From positions 43,525 to 107,524 of the forward strand of contig QUAH01000003.1 of NCBI GenBank assembly GCA_003426165.1: DNA of 64,000 bases. The letters run 5' to 3'. Positions 39,424-49,866 of the stretch are shown one piece after another. Every line of letters starts with the position of its first letter. The first letter of the stretch is position 1. Source of the DNA: Candidatus Saccharicenans subterraneus. GTDB lineage: Bacteria > Acidobacteriota > Aminicenantia > Aminicenantales > Saccharicenantaceae. A program made the translations under genes and the position numbers. The notes under the pieces were generated by a model. That model had not been told where the DNA came from and made no database searches. It saw nothing but the letters and a program-made list of their open reading frames with translations.

Positions 39424-40632
39424 ATGAATGCCAAAAAAATTATCAGCGTCCTGGTTCTCGGTCTTTTGCTTTGTCCTCTGGCCGGCCTGAGCCAGGAGAA
39501 ATTCTCCGGCAGTTCACTCCTGGATGACCTGGCCCGGTTGAAGAATTATCAGCGGCTCAGGATATCCAGCTATGACCGGAGCGGCAAGAATTCGGATTCT
39601 CTCAAGATTCAACCCGGAGAAACGGCCGAGCTGGCCCGGATCGAGGGGGCGGGTATCATCACCCACATCTGGATTACCGTGTCCTGCCCCGACCCGATGA
39701 TCAGGCGCAACGCGGTGCTGCGCATGTACTGGGACGGGGAGAAGAACCCCAGCGTGGAATGTCCGCTGGGCGATTTCTTCGGCCAGGGCTGGGGCGAGAA
39801 ATATAACTTCGTCAGCCTGCCCCTGGCCGTATCACCGGGGAACGGCAACGGTCTGAACAGTTATTTCCCCATGCCTTTCAGCAACGGGGCCCTGGTCACC
39901 CTGGAGAACCAGTCCGACCAGCCCATCAACGCTTTTTACTACTATATCGATTACGAGAAACACAAAACCCTTCCGGCCGACCTGGGACGCTTTCACGCTT
40001 TCTGGAACCGGGAACTGACCGACCCGGGCCCGGACGGAGAGAACGAGTGGTCGGTGCTCGGCCCGCAGTCTCCCAACCTGGACGGGGCTGCCAACTATGT
40101 CATTGCCGACATCGAGGGGAAGGGACAGTTTGTCGGCATCAATTATTATGTGGACAATCCTTCCCCCATGTGGTACGGGGAGGGTGATGACATGTTTTTC
40201 ATTGACGGGGAAAAGTGGCCGCCGTCGCTTCATGGAACCGGCACCGAAGACTTCTTCAATTCCTCCTGGAGTCCAAAAGAAATCTACCAGCATCCTTTCT
40301 TCGGCTATGCCCGGGTCAACCACGAAACCGGCTGGCTGGGCCGGACTCACTGCTACCGCTTCTTCCTGGAATCGCCCATCACCTTTGAAAAATCGCTCCG
40401 GGCCACCATTGAACACGGGCACAATAACTGCCTGATCCTGGACCTGGTGACCGTGGCCTACTGGTACCAGAAGGAACCGCACAAGCCCTTCCCGGCCCTG
40501 AGGCCCAAAGAGGAAAGGCAGAACAGGCCGCCGGTGGGAGTGGTGGAAATTCATCGCTGGCGGGAAGCCTGGCGCCAGTCTCAGGGCGGCGGTAAGCTCT
40601 GGGGGAACGAACGAAAAGAAGAAAAGAAATAG
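39424..40632 (+). CDS. DUF2961 / glycoside hydrolase family 172-like protein
   Basis: 402 aa from the ATG at 39424 (GGAGG RBS). Signal peptide. GTGTEDFF and other DUF2961 blocks. Confidence 0.6.
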   Translation: MNAKKIISVLVLGLLLCPLAGLSQEKFSGSSLLDDLARLKNYQRLRISSYDRSGKNSDSLKIQPGETAELARIEGAGIITHIWITVSCPDPMIRRNAVLRMYWDGEKNPSVECPLGDFFGQGWGEKYNFVSLPLAVSPGNGNGLNSYFPMPFSNGALVTLENQSDQPINAFYYYIDYEKHKTLPADLGRFHAFWNRELTDPGPDGENEWSVLGPQSPNLDGAANYVIADIEGKGQFVGINYYVDNPSPMWYGEGDDMFFIDGEKWPPSLHGTGTEDFFNSSWSPKEIYQHPFFGYARVNHETGWLGRTHCYRFFLESPITFEKSLRATIEHGHNNCLILDLVTVAYWYQKEPHKPFPALRPKEERQNRPPVGVVEIHRWREAWRQSQGGGKLWGNERKEEKK

Positions 40633-40670
40633 GCAGAAGCAATCACGCTGTCAGTTTCAGAAGCCTTTTC

Positions 40671-41642
40671 TTAAACCCGTGGCTGGTCTTCAGACGCGTT
40701 TCCCTGGTTAACCAGGAAGCGAGCTGCTTTCTTCCTGTTCCCGGTTACCTTGATCGCAGCCGGCAGCACCTTCACTCTTACCGAATCCAGGGAACCCAGG
40801 TACTCGCCATTATACTGGACTTCGAGTCCCTCTCCCTTGATGACCACTTCCCTGGCCTTGAAGTGCCTCAGCTTTCTCTGTACCCAGCCGAAATAGATGA
40901 GAGGAAACAGGAAAATGTAGATCAGGGGCGGCATCTCAAAAAGGATTATATCCAGGTAGCCGTCGTCCAGCCTGGCCTGGGGAGCCACCAGCCAGCTATA
41001 GCCGAAATAGTTGCTGTTGCCGATCACGCAGTCGAGGAAACGGCTGGTTACGGTCAGGTTGTCATACTGGCGGCCTTCCTGGTCAACTGCCCCCCTCAGC
41101 TCTAATACGTTTTGTTTTCTCTTATAAAACAGCAGCTTGCGGGCGGCCAGCAGGTGACCGAACAGGCCCGGGATGGAATGCCTCATTTTTTCTCCGGTGA
41201 CCGCGGCCGTTGAGCCGACACTGGCAAAGGCAGCCACCCGGTCTTCAATCTGGATCAGGTCGATGCTGAAAATATCGCCCTCGAGGATGTACTTGATGGC
41301 CTTGAAGGGATTGCGGGGAATACCCAGGGATTTTCGGAAAGCGTTGCCACTGCCGAAGGGAATCACCCCGAAAACCACCCGGTCCTGCCTTCCGGACTCA
41401 AAAATGCCCTGGAGGACGTCGGCTATGGTCCCGTCACCGCCGACGGCTACCACCAGGTCGGCCGAGGGGCAGATCGACCGGGTCATTTCCACCGTTTCTT
41501 CTTTGGTCTTCGGCGTGTCAAGGCAACTGCCGGGCAGCCTTTTGACCAGTTCAGCCCGTAGTTTGCGCCGCCTCTTCCAGCGCTTGTTGGCAGCCAGAGG
41601 ATTGATAAGACAAACAATTTTTCTGTCGCTGCTGTTTTCCAT
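40671..41642 (-). CDS. DAGK_cat lipid kinase (YegS/BmrU-like)
   Basis: AVGGDGT and PFGSGN motifs. Start is ambiguous between GTG at 41645 and ATG at 41642. Confidence 0.7.
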   Translation of the reverse strand: MENSSDRKIVCLINPLAANKRWKRRRKLRAELVKRLPGSCLDTPKTKEETVEMTRSICPSADLVVAVGGDGTIADVLQGIFESGRQDRVVFGVIPFGSGNAFRKSLGIPRNPFKAIKYILEGDIFSIDLIQIEDRVAAFASVGSTAAVTGEKMRHSIPGLFGHLLAARKLLFYKRKQNVLELRGAVDQEGRQYDNLTVTSRFLDCVIGNSNYFGYSWLVAPQARLDDGYLDIILFEMPPLIYIFLFPLIYFGWVQRKLRHFKAREVVIKGEGLEVQYNGEYLGSLDSVRVKVLPAAIKVTGNRKKAARFLVNQGNASEDQPRV

Positions 41643-41690
41643 CACCTTAACAATGACCGGGAAATATTGAATGAAACTCTCTTATTTATA

Positions 41691-44165
41691 TCACGGGCAT
41701 CTGGAGCTGTCAAAGGTACGCCCGGCCCGGGGAGCGTCGAACAGGCCGTTACCGTCGACGTCCACAAAAACCGGGTTGGTAATGGCGTAGGGCACCGCGG
41801 CCTCTTCGGGCTCTCCGTTTCTGGCCGGCTGTTGAACCACTGGATAAAGGGACTGCGTACCAATAACTTCAACCAGCAGGTAGGCATCCGAAGTGAGCTC
41901 TATATCAAATTTCCTGTCAAATTTCTCGGTCTCGACGGCTGGGGTCACCACCGGGAAAATAATTTTTCTTTCGCCGTTGACAATGACCCTGACCTCGCTG
42001 ACTTCTATCCAGGGTGCCGATTGAACCCGGATCCAGGCTCTGACCTTTCTGTCACGGTCGGTAAGCAGGTCTCCCGGCTGAAACTTGCGGTTGACCGTGA
42101 ATTCGACCACAGGCCCGTTGGTGACGAAAGACTGCCCCTTCTTCAGGGCCGAGGCCAGGTCTTCCCAGCTCAGGTCCTTGAGTTTTTTCGGAAGCCGCAC
42201 AACCACCCGTGAGTACCCGGGCTCTCCGCCGGCGGCCCCATGAGAATCGGAAGAGCCGACCGCCGTGAAACGGTAACCCTGGCTCAACAGGTTGAGCCAG
42301 TCGGTTACCGCCTGGTCATTACCCCGGTGAAAACTGGCCCCGTTCATGATTTCAATCAGGTCAAAACCCAGTGACAGGTCGCCCTGGGCCGATTCGGCCG
42401 TTTTCTTGTCGAGACCGGCATTTTCAAAATAGCCCAGGTTCCCGGCCCGGGGGTGATTGAGCTGCAGGAGTGAGGTCGGGTTTTTCTGGCGGCAGGAGTT
42501 GAACAGGTCGGCGACTTTTTCAAAGAGGGGAATGATGGCTCCCCTGGTTTTCTCTTCTGGCTTGATTACCACCGGGTAGTTGTTGAAATGGATGTAACTG
42601 TTCAGGGGCGTGACCTCAAACCCCGGGAAGACCCGGAGGTAGTCGCTGAGCCCCAGCCGGTTCAGTTCCGGTTGATAGTCGGTGACGTAGTTGTGGTCAG
42701 TGGCTATGGCCACGTCCAGGTTCTCGGCCACTATCGACCTTAGCCTCTCCGCCACACTCAGTGTCCCGTCAGAGTTGATGGTGTGAAGATGCGGGTCAAT
42801 TGAAATATACCCCTTGAGGTTGACCGCCTTATCCAGGGTGAAGGTAATTTCCCGGCTCTGTCCGGAGAGAACTTCTACCACCTGACGGTCGCTGGTGTAT
42901 AGAGGTCCGTAGGAGGCGACCAGCAGGTAGCGGCCGGCGGCCAGTTCTATTTCCAGGGGCTGGGGATGGAGATAAACCGAATTCTTGAACCTCTCCCAGC
43001 TCCGGCCGCTCTCCACCGGGTTCTCGGGAGCAAAATAGGGTGTCCTGGTTCCCTCCAGGCCGAAGACTGAAATCTTCCCGGGCAGGGGCTTTCCTTTCCT
43101 GTCGACCAGCTTCAGCTTGAGCTGTCCTCCGGCCGGGCGGGTCAGTTCAATCTGGTGGTCGCCGCTTTTACTCACCCGAACGGTCTTTTCGATGATGGCC
43201 GGGAAAAAGTGGGCCCGGACGCGGTAAGTGCCCTCGGGCAGTAAGGCTTGGAGCTTTCCCTCGCCACGAACATAGTGCCTGAAGAAAACCGAGGAGGACA
43301 GGACTTCTTCCACCACCACTTCGGCCGGGGCCTCCTGGCCGTTTTTCAGGTTGATTTCCACCGGCACCACTTCTTTTTTCAGGAGGCCGTAGATTGAGGT
43401 CAGAAGTTCGGAAACATCTTTCCTGACCAGAAGAGCGTAGTTAAGCTCCATGGCCTGACCGGGGAGGAGTTTCTCCGGCAGTTCGGCCGGACGGCTGCCC
43501 AGGTTAACCCAGCCCAGGTACAGGGTCTTTTTCTGATAAACCCGGAAATTCAAGTTGGGGAAATATTCCCGGTGGTATGGGTTGAAATTGTAGAAATGCA
43601 TGGCGTTGAAATAGAGTGAGAGAGACAGCCTGTCGATGGGCTTCTGGCCCTGGTTCCGGAAGGTGCTCTTGATCATTACCTGTCCTTTTTCGGGCGGGAT
43701 GGTGTAGCTGGTGCTGACGGTAGCTTTGGCCCCGTCCCGGCTCTCAAAATCGGCTTTAAGGTCTATGGTCAGGGGAGCAGTTTTTGTTCTGGGGGCGGTG
43801 GTTTTGACCACCGTGTAGCCCGGGTAATAATAATTGAGCCCCGTTCTGACCTGGACCTGGCCGGCCAGGATCTTATTTCCGGCCGGCGAATCAGCCGGGA
43901 CCAGGGTCAGCAGGGCTCCGCGGCCGTCGGGCTGCGGGTAATAATTTATTTCTGGAAAGTCCCGGGGTTCAATGGCGATCAGGTAGAGGTATTTTCCGTC
44001 GTTAACCAGGTAATCTCCGGCTCTGGCCAGGGAAGCCAGTTCGCCGGGAAGTTCATCGGGCCGGCTGACCTTTTTGAGCTCGATGGCAGCTTCCAGCCCT
44101 GAGGCCAGGGCCAGCATGATGAGCATCGTCATCAATAGGGCAGCTATTCTATTAGGCTGATTCAT
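41691..44165 (-). CDS. PHP-domain metallohydrolase (CehA/McbA-like) with large secreted N-terminal region
   Basis: About 824 aa from the ATG at 44165 (GGAGG RBS). Signal peptide. IDPHLHTINSDG and ATDHNY PHP-type His clusters. Confidence 0.6.
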   Translation of the reverse strand: MNQPNRIAALLMTMLIMLALASGLEAAIELKKVSRPDELPGELASLARAGDYLVNDGKYLYLIAIEPRDFPEINYYPQPDGRGALLTLVPADSPAGNKILAGQVQVRTGLNYYYPGYTVVKTTAPRTKTAPLTIDLKADFESRDGAKATVSTSYTIPPEKGQVMIKSTFRNQGQKPIDRLSLSLYFNAMHFYNFNPYHREYFPNLNFRVYQKKTLYLGWVNLGSRPAELPEKLLPGQAMELNYALLVRKDVSELLTSIYGLLKKEVVPVEINLKNGQEAPAEVVVEEVLSSSVFFRHYVRGEGKLQALLPEGTYRVRAHFFPAIIEKTVRVSKSGDHQIELTRPAGGQLKLKLVDRKGKPLPGKISVFGLEGTRTPYFAPENPVESGRSWERFKNSVYLHPQPLEIELAAGRYLLVASYGPLYTSDRQVVEVLSGQSREITFTLDKAVNLKGYISIDPHLHTINSDGTLSVAERLRSIVAENLDVAIATDHNYVTDYQPELNRLGLSDYLRVFPGFEVTPLNSYIHFNNYPVVIKPEEKTRGAIIPLFEKVADLFNSCRQKNPTSLLQLNHPRAGNLGYFENAGLDKKTAESAQGDLSLGFDLIEIMNGASFHRGNDQAVTDWLNLLSQGYRFTAVGSSDSHGAAGGEPGYSRVVVRLPKKLKDLSWEDLASALKKGQSFVTNGPVVEFTVNRKFQPGDLLTDRDRKVRAWIRVQSAPWIEVSEVRVIVNGERKIIFPVVTPAVETEKFDRKFDIELTSDAYLLVEVIGTQSLYPVVQQPARNGEPEEAAVPYAITNPVFVDVDGNGLFDAPRAGRTFDSSRCP

Positions 44166-44256
44166 GATTACCTCCACTAAAATATTTTACATCTTATCAA
44201 AAATCAGCCCGGCCATAAATTCATTTTTGCCGTGGAAATGATAAAATTAGACCGCC

Positions 44257-45231
44257 ATGTTAAATCTGCCGGAAAAGGTCATAAAGATCAGGGACAAGAA
44301 GTTCTTGTTCAGGGTGGAAGATAGCCATCAGGCAGCCGATTATAAAAAATATGAAGACCTCCGCCAGGCGGTCTGGCAGTTTGCCGAAGATCACATGGCT
44401 GGAACCAGGAACCTGCTCTGTGAAAATTTTCTGCACGAGGGGAGCAGCCTCTTCCTGGGCGTGTTTGAAGAGGCTGAGGACGGCGGCTTTACCCTGGATG
44501 GTCAACACCTGGTCGGATTCAGTTACGGCTTTGTCGGTCTGAAGGATAAATCCCTGGGATTTGACCGGCCCTCCAACCTCTGGTTCTATTCCCAGTTCCT
44601 GGGAGTCAGACCGGACCGCTTGAACTACGGACTGGGGATTCTGATCAAGGAGTTTCAACGAGAGGTATTGCTGGAGGTCCTGCATATCGAGACCGTGGTC
44701 TGCACCTACGACCCGCTGACCGCGGTCAACGCTTATCGCAATGTCCGCCACTTCGGGATGAAGGTCCTGGAATACCGGGTGGCCCCTTACGGAGAATACG
44801 GTGGCCGGCTCAACCGCCAGGATGTCCCTTCCGACCGGTTCTTCATGAGCTGGAATCTCAGGGAAAGCTTCTGCCCGCCAGTTCCCGAGCCCGAGGTCGG
44901 AAGTTACCTGGAGCGGTGGCCCCGGACCATCCGGGTGGACTATCGTTGGCTGGAGACCGAAAAAGGTCGGGCTAACCTGGAGGTGGCCTCGGGTCCGATT
45001 CTGGACCTGGAGGAAGAATACCTCCTGGTGCCGGTTCCGGCCGATTTCTACCTGATGTTGAACCTGACCGACGTTGAGGACCCTGAAGTTCGCCGGATAC
45101 CGGTCAACTGGCGCTTCCAGACCAGGGAAGTATTCCTGCACTATTTCCAGCGTGGCTACCGGGTAGTGGATTTTCTTAAGGCGCCAGCTGACCGGAAAAG
45201 GTGCTGCTATCTTTTAAAACGTAACCGATGA
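44257..45231 (+). CDS. hypothetical protein, possible GNAT-fold
   Basis: 324 aa of protein-like composition. The antisense ORF 44260-45141 is Q/V/P-rich and rejected. LNYGLGILIKEF...NAYRNVRHFGMKV loosely resembles GNAT motifs A/B. Confidence 0.35.
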   Translation: MLNLPEKVIKIRDKKFLFRVEDSHQAADYKKYEDLRQAVWQFAEDHMAGTRNLLCENFLHEGSSLFLGVFEEAEDGGFTLDGQHLVGFSYGFVGLKDKSLGFDRPSNLWFYSQFLGVRPDRLNYGLGILIKEFQREVLLEVLHIETVVCTYDPLTAVNAYRNVRHFGMKVLEYRVAPYGEYGGRLNRQDVPSDRFFMSWNLRESFCPPVPEPEVGSYLERWPRTIRVDYRWLETEKGRANLEVASGPILDLEEEYLLVPVPADFYLMLNLTDVEDPEVRRIPVNWRFQTREVFLHYFQRGYRVVDFLKAPADRKRCCYLLKRNR

Positions 45232-45370
45232 ACTGATAACAAAAAAGTTGTGGGGTCCAGACCCCGGCTTTGCTATAATCTGATTCTTTGAGCAAGACCA
45301 TGAAGAACGACCGATGCCGGGAGTCCGAGAGAGCCAATTGGTTCCGACCGGCATGCGGCCTCACGAAAGG

Positions 45371-46657
45371 ATGAACATGCGCTTCACCAATTTTCCAAGC
45401 TCCAAGCTTCTGGCGCCGGTAGCGGTGCTGTTATTACTCCTGCTTTTCCCGGCCTGCCGTCAGCCCAGGGTCGAAGTTTCGGCCACGGACTATGAGCTTC
45501 AGGCGCGGCAAATACACAAGAAAATCGTTACGGTTGATACCCACTGCGACACGGCCATGTGGCTGCTGCGGGGCAACTGGAATCCGGCCGAAAGACACGA
45601 CCCGGCTGCTCCCGGCAGCAGCAGGATTGACCTGCCCCGGATGAAAGAGGGCGGGCTGGACGCCGAGTTTTTTGCCGCCTTCGTCGGGCAGGGGCCCCGG
45701 ACGGAGGAAGGCTATGCCCAGGCCAGGAAGAGGACCGAAGAACTCATCCAGGCGGTCAGGAAAATGGTCGAAGTCAACCGTTCCATCATCGGGCTGGCCC
45801 TCAGCCCGGAAGAAGCTTATAGCCTGAAGAAACAGGGGAAATTGACCGCTTTCCTGGGAATAGAAAACGGCTATGCCATCGGGCGAGACCTAAGCCTGAT
45901 AAAGCATTTCTATGACCTCGGGGTTCGTTATATAACGCTATGTCACTCTTCTGATAACGATATCTGCGATTCTTCGACCGACAGGTCCGAACCTGAAGAC
46001 AAGGGATTGAGCGATTTCGGTCGCCAGGTGGTTCGGGAGTGCAACCGGGTGGGGATGATCGTGGATATCTCCCATGCCTCCGACCGTAGCTTCTATGATG
46101 TTCTTAAGACCAGCCAGGCTCCCATCATCGCCTCTCATTCCTGTGCCCGGGCTGTCTGTGACAATCCCAGGAACCTGACCGACGATATGATCAGGGCCCT
46201 GGCGGCCAGGGGCGGGGTGGTACAGATCTGTTTCCTTTCGGCCTACGTTAAAAAACCGCGGCCCAACCCGGAGAGGGATAAGGCCCTGGCCGAGTTCCGG
46301 GCCAAGTACGGCAACTGGCGGAACATCCAGGACGAGGACGAGCGCCGGAAGATAATGGAAGAGATGCAGGAGCTAAACCGCCGCTACCCGGCTGACCTGG
46401 CCACCGTCCGGGACCTGGTGGACCACATCGACCACGTGGTCAAGCTGGTCGGGGTGGATTACGTGGGTATCGGGACCGATTTTGACGGTGGCGGTGGGGT
46501 CCTCGGTTGCAACGACGTCAGCCAGATGATTAACGTCACAATTGAACTGCTGCGCCGGGGCTACAGCCAGAAGGACATAGAAAAAATCTGGGGTAAAAAT
46601 TTCTTCAGGGTTTTTAACCAGGTCCGTGAAGTGGCCAGAAAATTGAGCCAGTCCTGA
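45371..46657 (+). CDS. M19 family membrane dipeptidase (lipoprotein)
   Basis: 428 aa from the ATG at 45371. Lipobox-like LLLFPAC. HCDT, HSSDND and GTDFDGGGG motifs of renal-dipeptidase-type M19 enzymes. Confidence 0.8.
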   Translation: MNMRFTNFPSSKLLAPVAVLLLLLLFPACRQPRVEVSATDYELQARQIHKKIVTVDTHCDTAMWLLRGNWNPAERHDPAAPGSSRIDLPRMKEGGLDAEFFAAFVGQGPRTEEGYAQARKRTEELIQAVRKMVEVNRSIIGLALSPEEAYSLKKQGKLTAFLGIENGYAIGRDLSLIKHFYDLGVRYITLCHSSDNDICDSSTDRSEPEDKGLSDFGRQVVRECNRVGMIVDISHASDRSFYDVLKTSQAPIIASHSCARAVCDNPRNLTDDMIRALAARGGVVQICFLSAYVKKPRPNPERDKALAEFRAKYGNWRNIQDEDERRKIMEEMQELNRRYPADLATVRDLVDHIDHVVKLVGVDYVGIGTDFDGGGGVLGCNDVSQMINVTIELLRRGYSQKDIEKIWGKNFFRVFNQVREVARKLSQS

Positions 46658-46768
46658 AAACGGTCCGGCTGGTAGAGGTTAAAGCCTGGCTGGAACGGCT
46701 GGCGGTAACCGCTCCACCTGCTGTTGGCGGGTGATTTTAGGGAAAGTTTAAGCTATTATTAATAAGCA

Positions 46769-48385
46769 ATGGAATTTTCTGTGAGGACTTCCGGGCGGCG
46801 AGCGGGCCTGGTCGTTTCCCTGGCCCTGGCTGCCATGCTGGTCCTGGGCCTGTTCCTGGGTGCTTCCGTCCAGGAAGAGACCCCCAGGCCCAAGCCAGGG
46901 GGAGAACTAAGGGTCAGGCCTTATGGTTCAGCTTTGAATACCGACCTGGACCCGGCCGGAAACGGTTATTCCCTGGTGGTGGGAAATCTTTACGAAGGCC
47001 TGGTCAGGCTGGACCAGAACCTGAACGTCGTTCCCGGCCTGGCTGACTACTGGTCGGTCTCTGAAAACGGCCGGAAAGTTACCTTCTACCTCAGGAAGCA
47101 AGCTGTCTTTCATAATGGACAGGCGGTTACCGCCTCCGATGTCAAGTTTTCTTACCAAAGGCTATTCCAGCTGAAGAGCCGGCCTGTCTTTTATGAGTTT
47201 GCCAGCAGGATCGAGGGGGGAGAGGAATTCTGGCGGGGGGCCGCTTCCGAGGTCAGCGGGCTCAGGGTGGTGGATGATAAGGTCCTGGAGATTTACTGGA
47301 AGCAACCGGGCGTTACCAATTTCTACTTCCTGGCAGCTGGCTTCGCCGGGATTCTCCCGGCCGGCCCGGTTCAGTCTCAGAAAAAAAGATTTTTTGACAG
47401 GCCGGTTGGAGCCGGCCCCTTCAAGTTCGATTACTGGCTGCGGGACAGGCGCCTTAACATCATCGGCGTCAGGCTGGTCAGGAATGATAATTATTTTACC
47501 AGGAAACCGTTCCTGGAAGCGGTCGAGGTCAGTCCTTTTTTCCAGCTGGATGATTTCCTTCAGAACGAAATCCAGGTTATTCCCTACCTGACCTTCAGGA
47601 TATCCAGGGATAAGTACCAGATCCTGGAAAGCAACCTGCTCCAGCTGAATTATCTCTTCTTCAGCTGCCACCTGCCACCCTTTGACCGGCCAGAAGTCCG
47701 CCGGGCCCTGCAGGCCTTTGTTGAAAAAAGACAGCTGGCCGGGCTGGCTTCGACCACGGCCAATTTTTGCCAGCCGATGGACAGCTTTATCCCTCCTTTC
47801 CTTCCCGGTTTTATGCCTGAAGGCGCCTGGCCGGAACAGAGCCTGAGCCAGGTGTTGAAAGTCCTGGAAGAGGCGGGACTTGGCCGGGTGGACCGGCCCC
47901 TGGTGGTCAATGCCTATTTCCAGGTAACCAATAAAGACCTCATCCCGAGCATCTATGAGTTCTTGAGAGAGGAGCTAAGACCGGCCGGGATTAAACTGGA
48001 GCTGAAGTCAAATTATTCGGCCGAGGAGCTGGCCAGGGACAACACCCCGTTCATTTTTTTCCTGGAATGGAGCCCCGAACTGCCCGACCCGGAATTCATT
48101 CTCCGGCCGCTGTTTCATTCCGCCGGTTCTGCGAACCGGGAGCTATTTCATTACCGGAACCCGAAGGTTGACGAACTCCTGGAACTTCAGAAGAACGGCC
48201 TGAGCTTTGAGCGCCGGGTTAACCTCTTCAGGGAAATCGAGAAGATTCTGCAGGCTGATACCCCGGCCCTGCCTCTCTTTTTCCATAAGCAGAGGCTGGC
48301 CTACCAGCCCTATCTTAAGAACCTGAAAGCCCAGCCTCAGGGCCTGCTCTGCCTGAATCTCCGGGATGTCTGGATGGACCGATGA
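46769..48385 (+). CDS. extracellular solute-binding protein, family 5 (peptide/nickel/opine type)
   Basis: 538 aa with a signal peptide and a family-5 SBP fold pattern. No ABC permease or ATPase genes are adjacent. It is translationally coupled to the histidine kinase. Confidence 0.65.
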   Translation: MEFSVRTSGRRAGLVVSLALAAMLVLGLFLGASVQEETPRPKPGGELRVRPYGSALNTDLDPAGNGYSLVVGNLYEGLVRLDQNLNVVPGLADYWSVSENGRKVTFYLRKQAVFHNGQAVTASDVKFSYQRLFQLKSRPVFYEFASRIEGGEEFWRGAASEVSGLRVVDDKVLEIYWKQPGVTNFYFLAAGFAGILPAGPVQSQKKRFFDRPVGAGPFKFDYWLRDRRLNIIGVRLVRNDNYFTRKPFLEAVEVSPFFQLDDFLQNEIQVIPYLTFRISRDKYQILESNLLQLNYLFFSCHLPPFDRPEVRRALQAFVEKRQLAGLASTTANFCQPMDSFIPPFLPGFMPEGAWPEQSLSQVLKVLEEAGLGRVDRPLVVNAYFQVTNKDLIPSIYEFLREELRPAGIKLELKSNYSAEELARDNTPFIFFLEWSPELPDPEFILRPLFHSAGSANRELFHYRNPKVDELLELQKNGLSFERRVNLFREIEKILQADTPALPLFFHKQRLAYQPYLKNLKAQPQGLLCLNLRDVWMDR

Positions 48386-49866
48386 TCAGAATTCCCAGAC
48401 CGCGAATTTCCATCTACGTCCAGCTGGTCTTCTGGACTTCGGTTATCATTCTGCTTTTGATGTTCGGGGTCCTGTACGTAATCCAGACCAGGGAAGTTAA
48501 GGCCATTTACCAGGAGAAGAGGGAGCGCGGCCTGGTTATGGTCAGGTACATTTCCGAGATGAATGTCAGGAGCCTGGTGCTCGGAGACCTGGAGTCCATA
48601 GATGAAAACATTTCGGGATTGATCAGGGAAGACCTGGCCTACGTAATTTTTTACGATGCCGACAGCAAGCCGGTCGTGGTCAGCGAGAGCATTGCCGACA
48701 ATGCCGAGGTGATCAACCAGACCAGCTGTGCCGGCGAGGTGTCCCCAGGCGACGTTTTTTATAACACCATCAGGTTGAACCGTGGCCGGAGCTTTCAGGA
48801 AGTGATGGAGGTCGAGGTCCCGGTTTTCGTTCCCGGTTCCGAGAAAAAGTGGGGTTCGGTTAAAATCGGCTTGAAACTGGAAGACGTTTTCCGCCGGGTC
48901 CAGAGAACCCGGCTGGTGCTCCTGGGCTTCGGGCTGGCTGCCTTTCTGCTGACGGTGCTCGGGGCCAACCTGCTGGCCAGGAGGATTACCCGGCCCATCA
49001 AGAACCTGGTCGAAGGTACACGTCGAATTTCCCGGGGGGATTTTAGCTACCGGATTCCGGTTATCTCCAGGGATGAAATCGGAGACCTGACCCGCAGCTT
49101 CAACCAGATGGCCGAGGAATTGCTCCGGGCCCGGGAGCAGATGGAAGAGGCCAACCGGCGCCTGCTCCAGGCCGAGAAACTGGCCTCCATCGGCCGGCTT
49201 TCGGCCACCATCGCCCACGAAATCCGCAACCCGCTGACCTCGGTTAAGTTAAACATCCAGAAGCTGGCCGAGATATCGACCCTGGATGAGCTGGAGAGAG
49301 AGCACCTGGCCATTGCCCAGGCCGGCATCGAGCAGATCGAGAAGTTCATCAAGGACTTGCTGAGCTACACCCGGGCCTCCAGCCTTCAGAAGGATTATTT
49401 TTCGCTGGCCGAAGTCCTGGACGAATCTCTGAAATTGTTGCAGCCTTCCCTGAAGGAAAAAGAAATCGTGGTGGAAAAGGACTACCAGCCGGACTTGCCG
49501 CCGGCCTACGTCGATGCCGACCGGCTGCGCCAGGTCTTCTTAAATGTTCTTCGCAATGCCTACGAGGCGGTGGACCAGGGAGGCAGGATAGAAATTTCTC
49601 TCCGGATGAACCGGGCAGAAGACGGTTCCTGTTTCGAGGTCCGGATCAGCGACAATGGCTGTGGCATTCAGGAGAAGGACCGGGAAAATATCTTTGAACC
49701 ATTCTTCACCACCAAGAGTTCCGGGGCCGGCCTGGGGCTGGCCAACGCCCGCCGGATCCTGGACCAGCACGGGGGCACCATCCGGGTAGTTGATAAAGAG
49801 GGACGGGGTAGCTGTTTTCTGATCATTCTGCCCTGTCCGGAAAGCAAGCAGGAGGCTCAGACATGA
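48382..49866 (+). CDS. sensor histidine kinase (2 TM, HAMP, HisKA, HATPase)
   Basis: H-box SIGRLSATIAHEIRNPL and GxGxG ATPase motifs. ATGA overlap with the SBP gene. Confidence 0.85.
   Translation: MIRIPRPRISIYVQLVFWTSVIILLLMFGVLYVIQTREVKAIYQEKRERGLVMVRYISEMNVRSLVLGDLESIDENISGLIREDLAYVIFYDADSKPVVVSESIADNAEVINQTSCAGEVSPGDVFYNTIRLNRGRSFQEVMEVEVPVFVPGSEKKWGSVKIGLKLEDVFRRVQRTRLVLLGFGLAAFLLTVLGANLLARRITRPIKNLVEGTRRISRGDFSYRIPVISRDEIGDLTRSFNQMAEELLRAREQMEEANRRLLQAEKLASIGRLSATIAHEIRNPLTSVKLNIQKLAEISTLDELEREHLAIAQAGIEQIEKFIKDLLSYTRASSLQKDYFSLAEVLDESLKLLQPSLKEKEIVVEKDYQPDLPPAYVDADRLRQVFLNVLRNAYEAVDQGGRIEISLRMNRAEDGSCFEVRISDNGCGIQEKDRENIFEPFFTTKSSGAGLGLANARRILDQHGGTIRVVDKEGRGSCFLIILPCPESKQEAQT

Noticed and set aside
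44260-45141. 293-aa minus-strand ORF overlapping the 44257-45231 plus-strand gene
   Set aside because: The minus frame is Q/V/P-rich and antisense-like. The plus frame has balanced protein-like composition, a proper ATG, and divergent-promoter placement.
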